Virus record (IMG/VR): IMGVR_UViG_3300045051_000371
Span: 1 to 51,005 of that record
DNA: 51,005 nucleotides
Direction: 5' to 3' (one strand)
Source: a virus
Of this stretch, positions 17,450 through 26,988 are shown in pieces. The first letter of the stretch is position 1, and the number at the start of each line of letters is the position of its first letter. The translations under genes and the position numbers were made by a program. Under the pieces are notes generated by a model. It was not told the origin of the DNA, searched no databases, and saw nothing but the letters and a program-made list of their open reading frames with translations.

Positions 17450-17903
17450 CAATCCACTGTTGGGAAATTTGCAGGCGCGTTTAGCTCCTAGTAATTTCCG
17501 CCCGCCGATGATCAGTCCGATCATAGGTGCTAATCTATTGACGGATGGTTTGATCTCTGAACGGAAACGTAAACAGTTTGAAGTTAAAGATCCTAACATT
17601 ACTGCGGTTGACGAAGCCGCACTTGCTGCACAAGCTAAACAAAATGCTGCACGCGCAGGTGGATATGACGTATCTAGTAAGCAAATCGAAGCTGCAACAA
17701 ATGCTGCTTCCGAAGCAAACCGTATTGCTGCTTGGCGCAGAGCCAATCTCCAGCAGCCACCGAACGATGCTGAATCACAGTTTGTTGCTCGACAACTAGC
17801 CACTGCGCGTGCTATTGAACGTGCCCAAAAGAAGATGCAAGCCCAAGCCGACGAACGCGCTCAAAACGGCGGAAACCTTTTCACTAGAAAGTTTAACTAC
17901 TAA
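17442..17903 (+). CDS. Internal virion protein candidate
   Basis: Ala/Gln-rich and low-complexity. Lies upstream of the giant protein. Confidence 0.4.
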   Translation: MFSNPLLGNLQARLAPSNFRPPMISPIIGANLLTDGLISERKRKQFEVKDPNITAVDEAALAAQAKQNAARAGGYDVSSKQIEAATNAASEANRIAAWRRANLQQPPNDAESQFVARQLATARAIERAQKKMQAQADERAQNGGNLFTRKFNY

Positions 17904-17908
17904 ACACC

Positions 17909-18742
17909 ATGGCTTCTTATCATGAAGTTTCTCCAGCAGAACTTGCTGGCTATACGGTTTCTTCACTTCCTAAGGTTCTTGAGGCTTATACTAAAGCCAT
18001 CCAGCCTTATGATCGTGCGATGCTTGATGCAGCTAGGGTTATTGATCCGCAGAAAGCTCAACACGAATACGATCTCTCTGCTCGTTTCAGTCCGTTGTAT
18101 AACCAGCTGACCAACGATCTACAAGATCAAAACACTGAACTGGGTGCTCGTCGGGAACTTAACACACTCCGCGGAACCGGACGAGATCTTGTCAGTGAGG
18201 CAGTTAAACTTGATGAACTTGCCAATCCAGAGTTCTATGCCACACGTCGTCACTCTAGTGCTCTGTTTAATCAGCTCCTTGATTCTGTTAATCCTAACGG
18301 CCTGACTCCTACTGAGTCTGCTGAGATTGAACGTGGCCTTGCGCGCACTGGAGAACTTCCCGGATCACAGTCTTGGAAACATGCCCAGACTTTTGGCAAT
18401 GCGTTGAACGCTAAGAAGGATCGTCTTGCTTCACTGCTTTCCATGGCTCCTTCCATGCTAAGTTCCAAGACTCAAATTGATCCTTTTCAAGTTGGCACGG
18501 GACGTGCTGGTGTCAGTGCTGCGCCAGTGACCAATTTTAACCCTAGTGGCTATAACAATTCTTCTGCTATTGCAGGGATTGGTAATCAACTTGCAGGACA
18601 GATTGGTTCACAGGTTCAGGCTAATCAAGCTAATGCGCTGGCCCAACAGAACTCTAATCGCCAAAACGCCCTTGGTTGGGCTGGCATTGGTGTTAGCGGT
18701 TTGAATGTTCTCAACAAGACCTTCCCCGGTTACTCCGGCTAA
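17909..18742 (+). CDS. Internal virion protein candidate
   Basis: Position, plus a Gln/Asn/Gly-rich C-terminus. Confidence 0.4.
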   Translation: MASYHEVSPAELAGYTVSSLPKVLEAYTKAIQPYDRAMLDAARVIDPQKAQHEYDLSARFSPLYNQLTNDLQDQNTELGARRELNTLRGTGRDLVSEAVKLDELANPEFYATRRHSSALFNQLLDSVNPNGLTPTESAEIERGLARTGELPGSQSWKHAQTFGNALNAKKDRLASLLSMAPSMLSSKTQIDPFQVGTGRAGVSAAPVTNFNPSGYNNSSAIAGIGNQLAGQIGSQVQANQANALAQQNSNRQNALGWAGIGVSGLNVLNKTFPGYSG

Positions 18743-18747
18743 ACAAT

Positions 18748-20127
18748 ATGCCTTTACTACAAGACCTTCTTTTTGGTAGTTATCTTGCACGGAAACAGCG
18801 TGAGAATGAAGTTGCCCGTGCGGAAGCAATGCGGCCGGATGAAGAGTTTAAAGCCGGTGTAACACGGGCTACTGATGCTGCGCGAGTAAAGGTTGCAGCT
18901 GAGCAAGCTGATTGGCTGGAAGAGATGCGTCGGCGGAGAGAAAGAAAGAAACCTAAAGAGGATACCGAGGATGAACTTAACGTTGAAACGCAATACGGAC
19001 AAAATCCATTGTATCCCCGAACTTCTCGCGGAGCAACCGCTGCACGCAACGAAGAACTAGCCACAGGTTCCAAGGCTAGGTCTGAATTTAACCTTGGTTA
19101 CATTCCATTCGCTAGGGGTATCGGTGACATGGAAGGCAGTCGTAAGAATCTTGAGACTGTCAATGATCGTAATAGACTTGCTGGTCAGTATGGTGTGTCT
19201 TATCGCCTGGGAGAGACTGCTGCTGATTCAGAACTTGCTAGACACGTCGCTGCTGCTAACGTTGCTCGTGCAACTAGTGCGCTAACTCCCGGACGGACAG
19301 CGTTGGAGCAGGCTCAGAATGCTGAGGCCACTGCAAGTGCAGCTGGTAAAGGCAAGCTTGAACGCGCTAAAATCGCAGCAGATCTGGATGCTGAAAGTCT
19401 TCGCGGTATGGTTAATTACGATCGCGCAGAGCGTGGGCAGGATGCTGTTGATACTGATCGTAGCTTGACTGAGCTTAATAAAGTCCTTGCACAATCCGAT
19501 CTCAGCACTGCCAGACGTTTGTTTGATCCTAATACTGGATCACCAATTGATGCTGCAATTCATCTCGGGGGTGGACGAATTCAGCAAGGAACGGCTATTC
19601 CGGGTGTTAATTATCCTTCGCCTAGCGAAGATATTAAGATGGTGAAGGATCCGTTGACCGGCATTGAGAAGCCAATGGCTGTTCGTGAAGCAGGAAAACC
19701 TGTTCCAACGCTTGGTCGTAGGTTATTGGCTCCTGGAGCTAGTTCCAAATCAAATCTTCCACCTGTCGGTATTGGTAAACTTCCCGACGATGGTAACCAG
19801 CCGCCGCCTCCGGCCGTGCAACCAATTGCTGCCCCTAAATCAGAAGCTGATCAAAAAGCTTCTAAGTTGATTGAAGCCGAGAAGCTTCGTTTGAGTGACA
19901 CTTCAAACTGGACAAAAGCTGACTGGTATAATCTTGCACACAAGTCTTACGGACTTGGTAACATAATCGAACCGCACAAATCTGACGTTATTCGTAAGCT
20001 GCAAAGCGCGATGACTAAAGAAATCGAAACTGGTCGTGACTTTAGAACTGGTGCGCAGCTTAGTCCTGAAGTTATTGCACAAGTTAAACAGCAACTCGAT
20101 GCTTTGATGCGCTTCAATCTCAACTAA
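18748..20127 (+). CDS. Internal virion protein candidate
   Basis: 459 aa with charged, coiled-coil-like segments. Assigned by position. Confidence 0.4.
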   Translation: MPLLQDLLFGSYLARKQRENEVARAEAMRPDEEFKAGVTRATDAARVKVAAEQADWLEEMRRRRERKKPKEDTEDELNVETQYGQNPLYPRTSRGATAARNEELATGSKARSEFNLGYIPFARGIGDMEGSRKNLETVNDRNRLAGQYGVSYRLGETAADSELARHVAAANVARATSALTPGRTALEQAQNAEATASAAGKGKLERAKIAADLDAESLRGMVNYDRAERGQDAVDTDRSLTELNKVLAQSDLSTARRLFDPNTGSPIDAAIHLGGGRIQQGTAIPGVNYPSPSEDIKMVKDPLTGIEKPMAVREAGKPVPTLGRRLLAPGASSKSNLPPVGIGKLPDDGNQPPPPAVQPIAAPKSEADQKASKLIEAEKLRLSDTSNWTKADWYNLAHKSYGLGNIIEPHKSDVIRKLQSAMTKEIETGRDFRTGAQLSPEVIAQVKQQLDALMRFNLN

Positions 20128-20130
20128 TCT

Positions 20131-23100
20131 ATGCCTTTCACCGAAGAACAAAAACGTCGTGCGTTGGTGGATAATGGTTATGATCCTACGTTGTTTGATA
20201 TTGACGAGCAGGGATATACCATTGAGCGCCAGAAAGCTCCACCAGCGACTGCCGCCACAGAGATCCAGCACACTCCGCCGCAAACTAGTGCAAAGGGTGC
20301 CTTTGGTAGATCCTTTGGCGCAGCCATTGCACCTACTCTTGCTGGTCTTGCAACTTCTGCTGCGGCGCTTGGAGCTGCTGAAACAGTCACTGGCGTAGGT
20401 GCTCCAGTTGGTATTCCAACATTAGCTCTCGCGGGACTTCTTGGTGCTGGCGCATCATGGGCTGCATCTAAAGGCCAAGAGAAGTTGATGCCTAAGAGCT
20501 GGAAGGAGCAACTTGCTGCCGATGCGGAGCAACATCCTATCGCGGCGAACCTTGGATCTCTTGCTCCAAACCTTGTTGCATTCCGTCCCAATACTCCGGC
20601 GAATCTTGTTAAGACTGTTCGTGGATTTATTCCTGGGCAGATTGATGATGCTGCAAGACTGGCTGCAAAAGATGCTGCGATCAACACCGGGATTAACCTT
20701 GGCGTTGGTGCAGGTATGCGCACAATGGAGGGTGGCAATGCACTGGATCCGAGCGGAGTAGCTTGGGATGCCGCCGGAGCGCTAGCATTTGGTCGGGCCA
20801 GAAATAATGCACTGACTCGTGGCTTGAAACTTCATCCGGGAATTGATGAAGTTAATCTGGCGGAACTAGTTGATGCAGCGCATCAAGATCAACGTCCTGC
20901 GTTTGAGCCCGTAGCGCCAGAAGCCCCTGCTCCAACGCTGCGCACTTGGGACTTTGATATTCACGGCCGGGAAAAGGAGATCAAAGCTGCCCGGAGTGTA
21001 GTAGATAAGGAACTTGCAGGTCGTCAAGTTGATCCGGCGACTTATGAGTCGATGCTTGTTGATGCGAGTGACAAGCTCCGCGGTGAAGGGAAGCTCAAGG
21101 CCTCGAATCCTGTAGTGTATAAACTCACCAGCGAACTCAAGGTTCGCAAAGAAGCTGAGAAGATTGCACTGGAGGAGTCTAAGCTGGAGCAGGAACGGAT
21201 TGTGCGAGAAGAGAAACTGAAGAAGCAATTCCTGTCTCCGGAAGAAGCTGCTGTGCAGAACAGTGCATTGGAGCAGGAACGGATCATTAACGAGGCGCGT
21301 GCTAGACGCAAGGAAGAGCTTCAGCGTGAAATTGATGCAGAGAATGCACAGCTGGAGCAAGAGGTGGCTACTGCGGCGGAAGATCGTCGCTTGCGCAGGG
21401 AGCAGTTAAAGCGTGAAGTGGATGCTGATAATGCTGCGTTGGCGGAAGAAGAGCGTATTGCGCGGGAAGAGGCGATGCGTCAGCGACAAGTGGCGCAGGA
21501 GGCTAAACTTGAACAAGCCACTAAGGCCGAAGAGCAGCGTCTAAATGCTCAGCCGGACGAGCCTGTTGTTGGCGTGCAGTTTAAGACTGCGCTTGGTTCT
21601 GTCTATACTGCACACGAAGATGGAACCACAACAAGAAACAAGTCTTACCACAAAGAGCATGGTGCTGCGGATGTTGGTGTAAAGCCGCGCAGTAAGGCTA
21701 CTTACTATGTTGCAGAAGACGCTCTTCGCAGGCTTGATCTTGTGCAAGCTCGTGGCAAAAAGTATCGAGACACCGTGGCTGACGTAGGTCAAAATCACGT
21801 TGGTGTTGTGTTGCTTGACGGGCCTGAAAAAGGTAAGTTGTATAAAGATACTTGGGCTCCATTTAAGAAAACGCCTGAGGTTGGACTCTATCCTGTTGAG
21901 GTGTGGGAAGATGGTTCAACTCATTTTGGTAATAAAATTGTTGAAGTTAGGGGTGCGAAAGAGCCTGCCGTTAACCGCATTGCACCTGAAACTCCTACAC
22001 TAGAGCCACAGCGCGGCAAACTCCGCACCACACCTGAGTGGATGGGTCGCACGTCAGAGTCTCGCACAGAGGCTCCGGATGTTGCTGTTGATCAGCGTCG
22101 TCAGGATTCTCGCGAGCAGGCATTGACGAAGGGATTTGTTGACATTTTCAAGAACCACTTCGCTCCGTTGCATGGTGATAAGCTTGTCGCTGGAGAACCT
22201 AAACCTGGCGTTAAAGGCTTTGTCAAAGATGGCGAAGCAACCTATACTCCTGCTGCAACTCAAGATACTCTTCCGCATGAGTTATATGGCCACTCATTCA
22301 TTGACAAAGCTCTCGCTGATCCCCGTGGTAAGAAGATCGTTGGTCAACTGATGACTGAGATCGAAGCTTCACCAGACTATGCTCGTTGGCGAGATGAGGC
22401 TGTTGCTGGCGGGAAGGTTGATCCCAGTGCCAAGGAGTATGCTGCGCAGCTGCTTGGGCAACGTCTTGCTGGTGATCTTGCTGGGCCTAAGTATAAAACT
22501 ACCGAGACTGTTAAGTATCAGCTTAATATCTTGAAGCGCGAACTAAAGAGAATCTTTGGTCGTGCTACGCAGGATGATATTGCTGAGCTTGTGCAGAATG
22601 CTTATGTGATGGGTAGTAGGATGCGGCCGGTGGTGGGTGGAGGTGTGAATGAGTCGCGTGAAGACGCTCCCAATGTTTATGACACTGAAGTCTATCGAAC
22701 TGGAAAACCTGTCAATAAGAAGACTCAACAATACTACGATTACAAGCGTATCGAAAAGCCTGGCTTTGATCGGTTAGTTCATTTTGGAACTAAGGAACAG
22801 GCAGAAGCCGCTGGAGCTTTTCTTCATCCTGGAGAAGAACGTGAACTTTACAAAGGAAAGATACGCAGCGAAGGTTTGATTCCACTTGATGAGGATGTTT
22901 TCAAGGATAATCGCTATATAGATGAACGACTGGAGGCTCAGCTTCTTGATAAAGAAATTGTTACTGAAGACGAGCTAAATGATCTTCGCCGTAGTGCCCT
23001 TAAAAAAGAGGGTCAAGTAGAACAAAGCCTGATTAATCTACTCGAAAAGAAAGGCTATAAAGGATTTACGTATCCTAATGATGCCGAAGGTGAAGGAACA

Positions 23101-25482
23101 AGTTATGCACTATTTCCACGCCGAGGTAGTGAGCTCGTTAAAGGAAAAGATGGCAGCGAATACACACGTGAGATCGGTGGTAGCATCTTCAAACTGTCAG
23201 ACGATTCTCCTTATGTAAAGGGTATTGATCCTGCAAAACGCTACGATGCCACTAATCCTGATCCTCGTTACTCACGCTCCGATGCACCGATTGTAGGCTC
23301 TGGTCTGTCGCGCATTCGCGAACTGGGTCCCGGTGGTGAGTATCTCGGTGACAAATTAGAAGCTAACGCCCAAGATCAGCAACTACTCAACGGACGTTTC
23401 CGTAATCCTGTCTCAGAGGTTCTGCGTGAATTCAGCAATGAAGATGCTGCGAAGATCGACGCACTTGTGTCACAGGAAGGCGGCTTTATTCCACCGAAGT
23501 TTAAGAAGGCTGTGGCGACAATCAAGAAAGCCTTGCAAGATACTCACGATGAACAACGTGCAAGAGGTTTGCCGGTCAAGTATCTTGACGAGAAAGGTAA
23601 TACACGTGTTCGTCCGCCTGAAGATAAGGTTGGCTATAACCCATCTGTCACTGGAACCCATGTCTACGATCAGTTAATCAACACTCCTGAAAGTGCTGAA
23701 GCCGCTGCGTTGCGTAAGGATTTCATTGACTATTTCACCAACGAGTTCTCTGAAGCCAGCGATCCTAAAGCTAAAGCAGAGGAACGCTTGCAGCAAATGT
23801 TCCCGCGAAAAGGTGGTGGTGTTGGGGTAGACTACAACGCTGTTCGTTTGGCGGAGGGACACGGGTTACCTGAGTCTTGGAAAGAAAAGAATATTGCCAA
23901 CAAGTGGTATCGGTATCTTAGCAAGTTCAACGCTGACCTGGCATACTTCAAGAATCTCCAGTCTGATCCAGCGGTGCGGCAGTTACTTAACATCAACGAG
24001 GACGGTAAGACTGTCGGTGTTGCGGAGCGTGCAGAGACACTTCCGGATGGCACTGATATTAAGCACGTGAACTACGAGTCTAATCCACATGTCATCGGTG
24101 CTTTGCATGATGCGGTTGGTGGTAGACAGTTGCTCCCGTCGCAGATGTTGAGCTACGCGAAGCTTGCTAATGCTGTGACGCTTGGGCCAGTGGGTAAAGT
24201 GCGTGACCTTGCAACTGTTGTTCCTATTGCGATGGAACTTGTTGGTCCGTGGGAAGTTATCAAGGCATTGCCAAAAGCAGTAATGTCTACTGCTGAAGGT
24301 ATTGCTAAGGCAAAGGAACGTGGCATTATTAACACACGTTCTGCTACGTGGCACGAGAATCTGGATAACCTTGACACAATGGTTGATCGTGCAGCGGATA
24401 CAATTAACCACTATACCGGAGCACAAAAACTTGAGCAGGTTAATAGGGGTTTCTCATGGGCCCTGGGAAGGACTATCGCCGAGAGCATGCAGAATGATCC
24501 CTCCTTCGTCAAGAAGTTCGGCGGGAAGAAAGATGTTGAGTCACTAGCTGATCGTATTACCGAGAACATTCAAGGAACCTACGACTTCCGCGGAACACCT
24601 ACATGGATTCGGGAAAGCTCATTTGGTCCGCTGTTTGCGTTGAATCGATGGTCTATTGAACGGTTCAACAACTGGAAACGCAATGTGTTCGATGAAGCTC
24701 GGGATGGTAATCTCAAACCACTGCTCGGCAATATGTTCGGGGTGTTGCTGGGGAGTGCATTAATTGATGAACTGAATGAAACTATTCGTGGGAAGAAGCC
24801 TGATCATCTTAGCTGGTCCGAATGGCTGGCGCTAGACGGAGAAGACTCCGCATATAAACTAGCTGCTGCCTTGAGCACTAGTTCAACGACGGGAGTGCTT
24901 GGGGATATTATCTATTCTGCACAACAACTTGCTGCCGGGAAACCTCCGCGTGGAACGGGAATGCCGATGTTGGAGATTGCAAGCAATGTGAGTGAGCGTT
25001 TGGGGCAAATGGTCCAAGCAGAGTCACTAGACTTCGCTCAACTTGCTGTGCAACTGGCAAAGGATAATATTCAGATCGTCCGAGATCTCATTCCTGCCGA
25101 CCCAAAGGCTGATGAACGGCGGGATGTTAGGATCTACAAACGTGTTGTGGAAGATAAACCCACACCGTTCATCAATGCTAATCCGTTCGAGAACGCTACT
25201 GAGAAGGAGCTTCGTGACGCGACGCCGGAGGAGTTTGCTGCATTGCTTCCCAAGGTTGTGCAGGATATTGTAAAGACTTCTCGTAATCCTGCAAAGGATA
25301 TTGAGAGTTTGAAACGCTCACTGTCACGTGGTGATAACAGCTTCGTAGAAGATAACAAGTTCTATCAGATGCTTGTTAAGCTCCGCGGTGAGCGCGAAGC
25401 AAAGGATCGGTTGATTAAGTATCTCGGTGAGAAAGCACTGCGAGAAACTAAGAGTGGTGCATTGGGAGGAGGTGAAAAATAA
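20131..25482 (+). CDS. Giant (1783 aa) virion/ejection protein candidate
   Basis: Gly/Ala-rich hydrophobic N-terminal segments are followed by a long E/R/A coiled coil (about residues 330-480). It is the last gene of the late arm, like the podovirus internal core proteins. Confidence 0.5.
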   Translation: MPFTEEQKRRALVDNGYDPTLFDIDEQGYTIERQKAPPATAATEIQHTPPQTSAKGAFGRSFGAAIAPTLAGLATSAAALGAAETVTGVGAPVGIPTLALAGLLGAGASWAASKGQEKLMPKSWKEQLAADAEQHPIAANLGSLAPNLVAFRPNTPANLVKTVRGFIPGQIDDAARLAAKDAAINTGINLGVGAGMRTMEGGNALDPSGVAWDAAGALAFGRARNNALTRGLKLHPGIDEVNLAELVDAAHQDQRPAFEPVAPEAPAPTLRTWDFDIHGREKEIKAARSVVDKELAGRQVDPATYESMLVDASDKLRGEGKLKASNPVVYKLTSELKVRKEAEKIALEESKLEQERIVREEKLKKQFLSPEEAAVQNSALEQERIINEARARRKEELQREIDAENAQLEQEVATAAEDRRLRREQLKREVDADNAALAEEERIAREEAMRQRQVAQEAKLEQATKAEEQRLNAQPDEPVVGVQFKTALGSVYTAHEDGTTTRNKSYHKEHGAADVGVKPRSKATYYVAEDALRRLDLVQARGKKYRDTVADVGQNHVGVVLLDGPEKGKLYKDTWAPFKKTPEVGLYPVEVWEDGSTHFGNKIVEVRGAKEPAVNRIAPETPTLEPQRGKLRTTPEWMGRTSESRTEAPDVAVDQRRQDSREQALTKGFVDIFKNHFAPLHGDKLVAGEPKPGVKGFVKDGEATYTPAATQDTLPHELYGHSFIDKALADPRGKKIVGQLMTEIEASPDYARWRDEAVAGGKVDPSAKEYAAQLLGQRLAGDLAGPKYKTTETVKYQLNILKRELKRIFGRATQDDIAELVQNAYVMGSRMRPVVGGGVNESREDAPNVYDTEVYRTGKPVNKKTQQYYDYKRIEKPGFDRLVHFGTKEQAEAAGAFLHPGEERELYKGKIRSEGLIPLDEDVFKDNRYIDERLEAQLLDKEIVTEDELNDLRRSALKKEGQVEQSLINLLEKKGYKGFTYPNDAEGEGTSYALFPRRGSELVKGKDGSEYTREIGGSIFKLSDDSPYVKGIDPAKRYDATNPDPRYSRSDAPIVGSGLSRIRELGPGGEYLGDKLEANAQDQQLLNGRFRNPVSEVLREFSNEDAAKIDALVSQEGGFIPPKFKKAVATIKKALQDTHDEQRARGLPVKYLDEKGNTRVRPPEDKVGYNPSVTGTHVYDQLINTPESAEAAALRKDFIDYFTNEFSEASDPKAKAEERLQQMFPRKGGGVGVDYNAVRLAEGHGLPESWKEKNIANKWYRYLSKFNADLAYFKNLQSDPAVRQLLNINEDGKTVGVAERAETLPDGTDIKHVNYESNPHVIGALHDAVGGRQLLPSQMLSYAKLANAVTLGPVGKVRDLATVVPIAMELVGPWEVIKALPKAVMSTAEGIAKAKERGIINTRSATWHENLDNLDTMVDRAADTINHYTGAQKLEQVNRGFSWALGRTIAESMQNDPSFVKKFGGKKDVESLADRITENIQGTYDFRGTPTWIRESSFGPLFALNRWSIERFNNWKRNVFDEARDGNLKPLLGNMFGVLLGSALIDELNETIRGKKPDHLSWSEWLALDGEDSAYKLAAALSTSSTTGVLGDIIYSAQQLAAGKPPRGTGMPMLEIASNVSERLGQMVQAESLDFAQLAVQLAKDNIQIVRDLIPADPKADERRDVRIYKRVVEDKPTPFINANPFENATEKELRDATPEEFAALLPKVVQDIVKTSRNPAKDIESLKRSLSRGDNSFVEDNKFYQMLVKLRGEREAKDRLIKYLGEKALRETKSGALGGGEK

Positions 25483-25527
25483 TGAAGAAGAAAGGTAAAG
25501 GCGGAAAGAAGTGCTAGTAAAAAAGAA

Positions 25528-25562
25528 CCCCCAGGATGTTGAGTCCTGGGGGTTTTTGTTTT
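25528..25562. terminator. Bidirectional terminator between the convergent arms
   Basis: cccccagga-tgttgag-tcctggggg, flanked by aaaaaagaa on one side and tttttgtttt on the other. Confidence 0.8.
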
Positions 25563-25574
25563 AGATCGTATCAT

Positions 25575-25865
25575 TCATAATCTATCAATTATTCCTTTCT
25601 GTCGTTTGCCTTCTTCAGTTAGTGTGACTTCTTTGCTTTCGAGTAGGCGTTTGTAGCAGGCGGATTTGTGCTCCAACAACTCATTCTTAAATTGCTGTCT
25701 CGTCATAAAAACTCTTAAGTTATTTATTACCTTGTCTATACCGGCGTCATGGTCTGATGGTGGTGGACCAATTGCAATTATTTCAGCTGGAGTTAGAAAA
25801 TGAACATTTGCACTTTCAGGCAACTTGTCATACTCAGGATTACGGATAGGTTCGTTATTTTCCAT
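25575..25865 (-). CDS. Hypothetical protein
   Basis: ORF track. It is the last gene of the minus arm, before the terminator. Confidence 0.5.
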   Translation of the reverse strand: MENNEPIRNPEYDKLPESANVHFLTPAEIIAIGPPPSDHDAGIDKVINNLRVFMTRQQFKNELLEHKSACYKRLLESKEVTLTEEGKRQKGIIDRL

Positions 25866-26088
25866 GTTTCTTTACAGCATCTTGAAGGTTATAGAAGAAG
25901 TTTGATATCACAACAGCACGCATTTGTTCGAGTTCTTTGGCTTTCTGTTCGACGCGGTGGTATTCAGTTTCTGTTCGAGCAACGCCACACATGAAGCCTA
26001 GTGTGAATAGAATTAGCATAGCCATGAATATTAGAAATCCCGTCAGAGATTCAGAGATAAACTTTTTAACGATGAAGTCGGAGTTCAT
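25855..26088 (-). CDS. Small membrane protein
   Basis: One TM segment (LTGFLIFMAMLILFTLGFMCGV). Overlap-coupled to its neighbours. Confidence 0.5.
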   Translation of the reverse strand: MNSDFIVKKFISESLTGFLIFMAMLILFTLGFMCGVARTETEYHRVEQKAKELEQMRAVVISNFFYNLQDAVKKHGK

Positions 26089-26315
26089 TCAGCCCTCCTA
26101 CAAGCTTCAAGTGGATAATACCAAGTATTGCCATTTTCAAGTTTTACAGGCAACATATCTAAAGGCACCGAAACTTTTAAGTCTACAGTCCCTGGTCCCT
26201 TATACTGAGGACAATCAACAAACACTTTAATACCAAATGGAAATTCTTTTTCGCGTATATCTCTGAGTTCTTGATGAACAGCGTGATATTTTTTGATGAG
26301 TTCTTTCATACCCAA
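26085..26315 (-). CDS. Hypothetical protein
   Basis: ORF track, with an ATGA-type overlap. Confidence 0.5.
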   Translation of the reverse strand: MGMKELIKKYHAVHQELRDIREKEFPFGIKVFVDCPQYKGPGTVDLKVSVPLDMLPVKLENGNTWYYPLEACRRAE

Positions 26316-26503
26316 TTAATAACATTCCAATCCCTAATCGCAAATGTTCTATCTGTCCAACGATCAGAACGATTACCACAATTAAGACACTCAACTAGCA
26401 CATGCTTGCTGGTTCCACTAGGAAAATACCTACGACTGACTGTAGTTATTACGACGTGCTTCTTCGCTTCGCATTTTTTGCAAGGTAAGATTACATTTTT
26501 CAC
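26306..26503 (-). CDS. Zn-ribbon protein, Lar-like (restriction alleviation) candidate
   Basis: CKKC...CLNCGNRS...FAIRDWN reproduces the Lar-family pattern CxxC-Xn-CxxCG-Xn-AIxxWN. Confidence 0.4.
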   Translation of the reverse strand: MKNVILPCKKCEAKKHVVITTVSRRYFPSGTSKHVLVECLNCGNRSDRWTDRTFAIRDWNVINWV

Positions 26504-26597
26504 AAAGCATTCCTTCGGTTGTTATGTAGATAGATTGTAGGTGAAAGTAGTCATGACACCAAGCACATTCTTCAAAGGGTTCGGTAAGGGTTGGCAT
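26430..26597 (-). CDS. Small Zn-ribbon protein
   Basis: CAWC...CEKC. I took the internal ATG at 26597. Confidence 0.4.
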   Translation of the reverse strand: MPTLTEPFEECAWCHDYFHLQSIYITTEGMLCEKCNLTLQKMRSEEARRNNYSQS

Positions 26598-26778
26598 AGA
26601 GAGTTTGTTGTAAGAGGTAAACATCCATACTGTCAAGTGCTACGCGACTTTTAACAATATCTTCAATACGTTTAAGTAATTCAGCCTGAACTTTAACCAT
26701 GCGTTGCAAAATAACGATTTGCTCTTCTAGTGGCGCAGCGATACTGTCCTGCAATTTAGCTACTTCGGTGGCGGTCAT
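26572..26778 (-). CDS. Small helical protein
   Basis: ORF track, with a heptad-like composition. Confidence 0.45.
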   Translation of the reverse strand: MTATEVAKLQDSIAAPLEEQIVILQRMVKVQAELLKRIEDIVKSRVALDSMDVYLLQQTLYANPYRTL

Positions 26779-26781
26779 AGA

Positions 26782-26988
26782 TTAGTTCCTAGCAGGATTT
26801 CTATATCCCTTCTTTTTCTTAACGCTTCTCCAACAATCTTTGCTGCAAAATATCAGTAAACGCTCACTGGCCCAGTCGTTGACAACTATATGTCCTAAGT
26901 CAATTAACAACTTTGCAACTTCGATGCTGGGTTTAGCTGGTTGTGGATTGTTTGATAACTCTTTATGACATACGAAACAGGTTATCAT
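26782..26988 (-). CDS. Small Cys-rich protein
   Basis: CFVCH...CSKDC with a basic C-terminal tail. Confidence 0.45.
   Translation of the reverse strand: MITCFVCHKELSNNPQPAKPSIEVAKLLIDLGHIVVNDWASERLLIFCSKDCWRSVKKKKGYRNPARN

Noticed and set aside
22261-22290. Possible zinc-metalloprotease motif HELYGH in the giant protein.
   Set aside because: The spacing is HExxxH, not HExxH, and there is no downstream third ligand motif.
25483-25518. 11-codon ORF MKKKGKGGKKC immediately after the giant gene.
   Set aside because: It is too short and low in complexity. It lies in the A/G-rich run-up to the bidirectional terminator.
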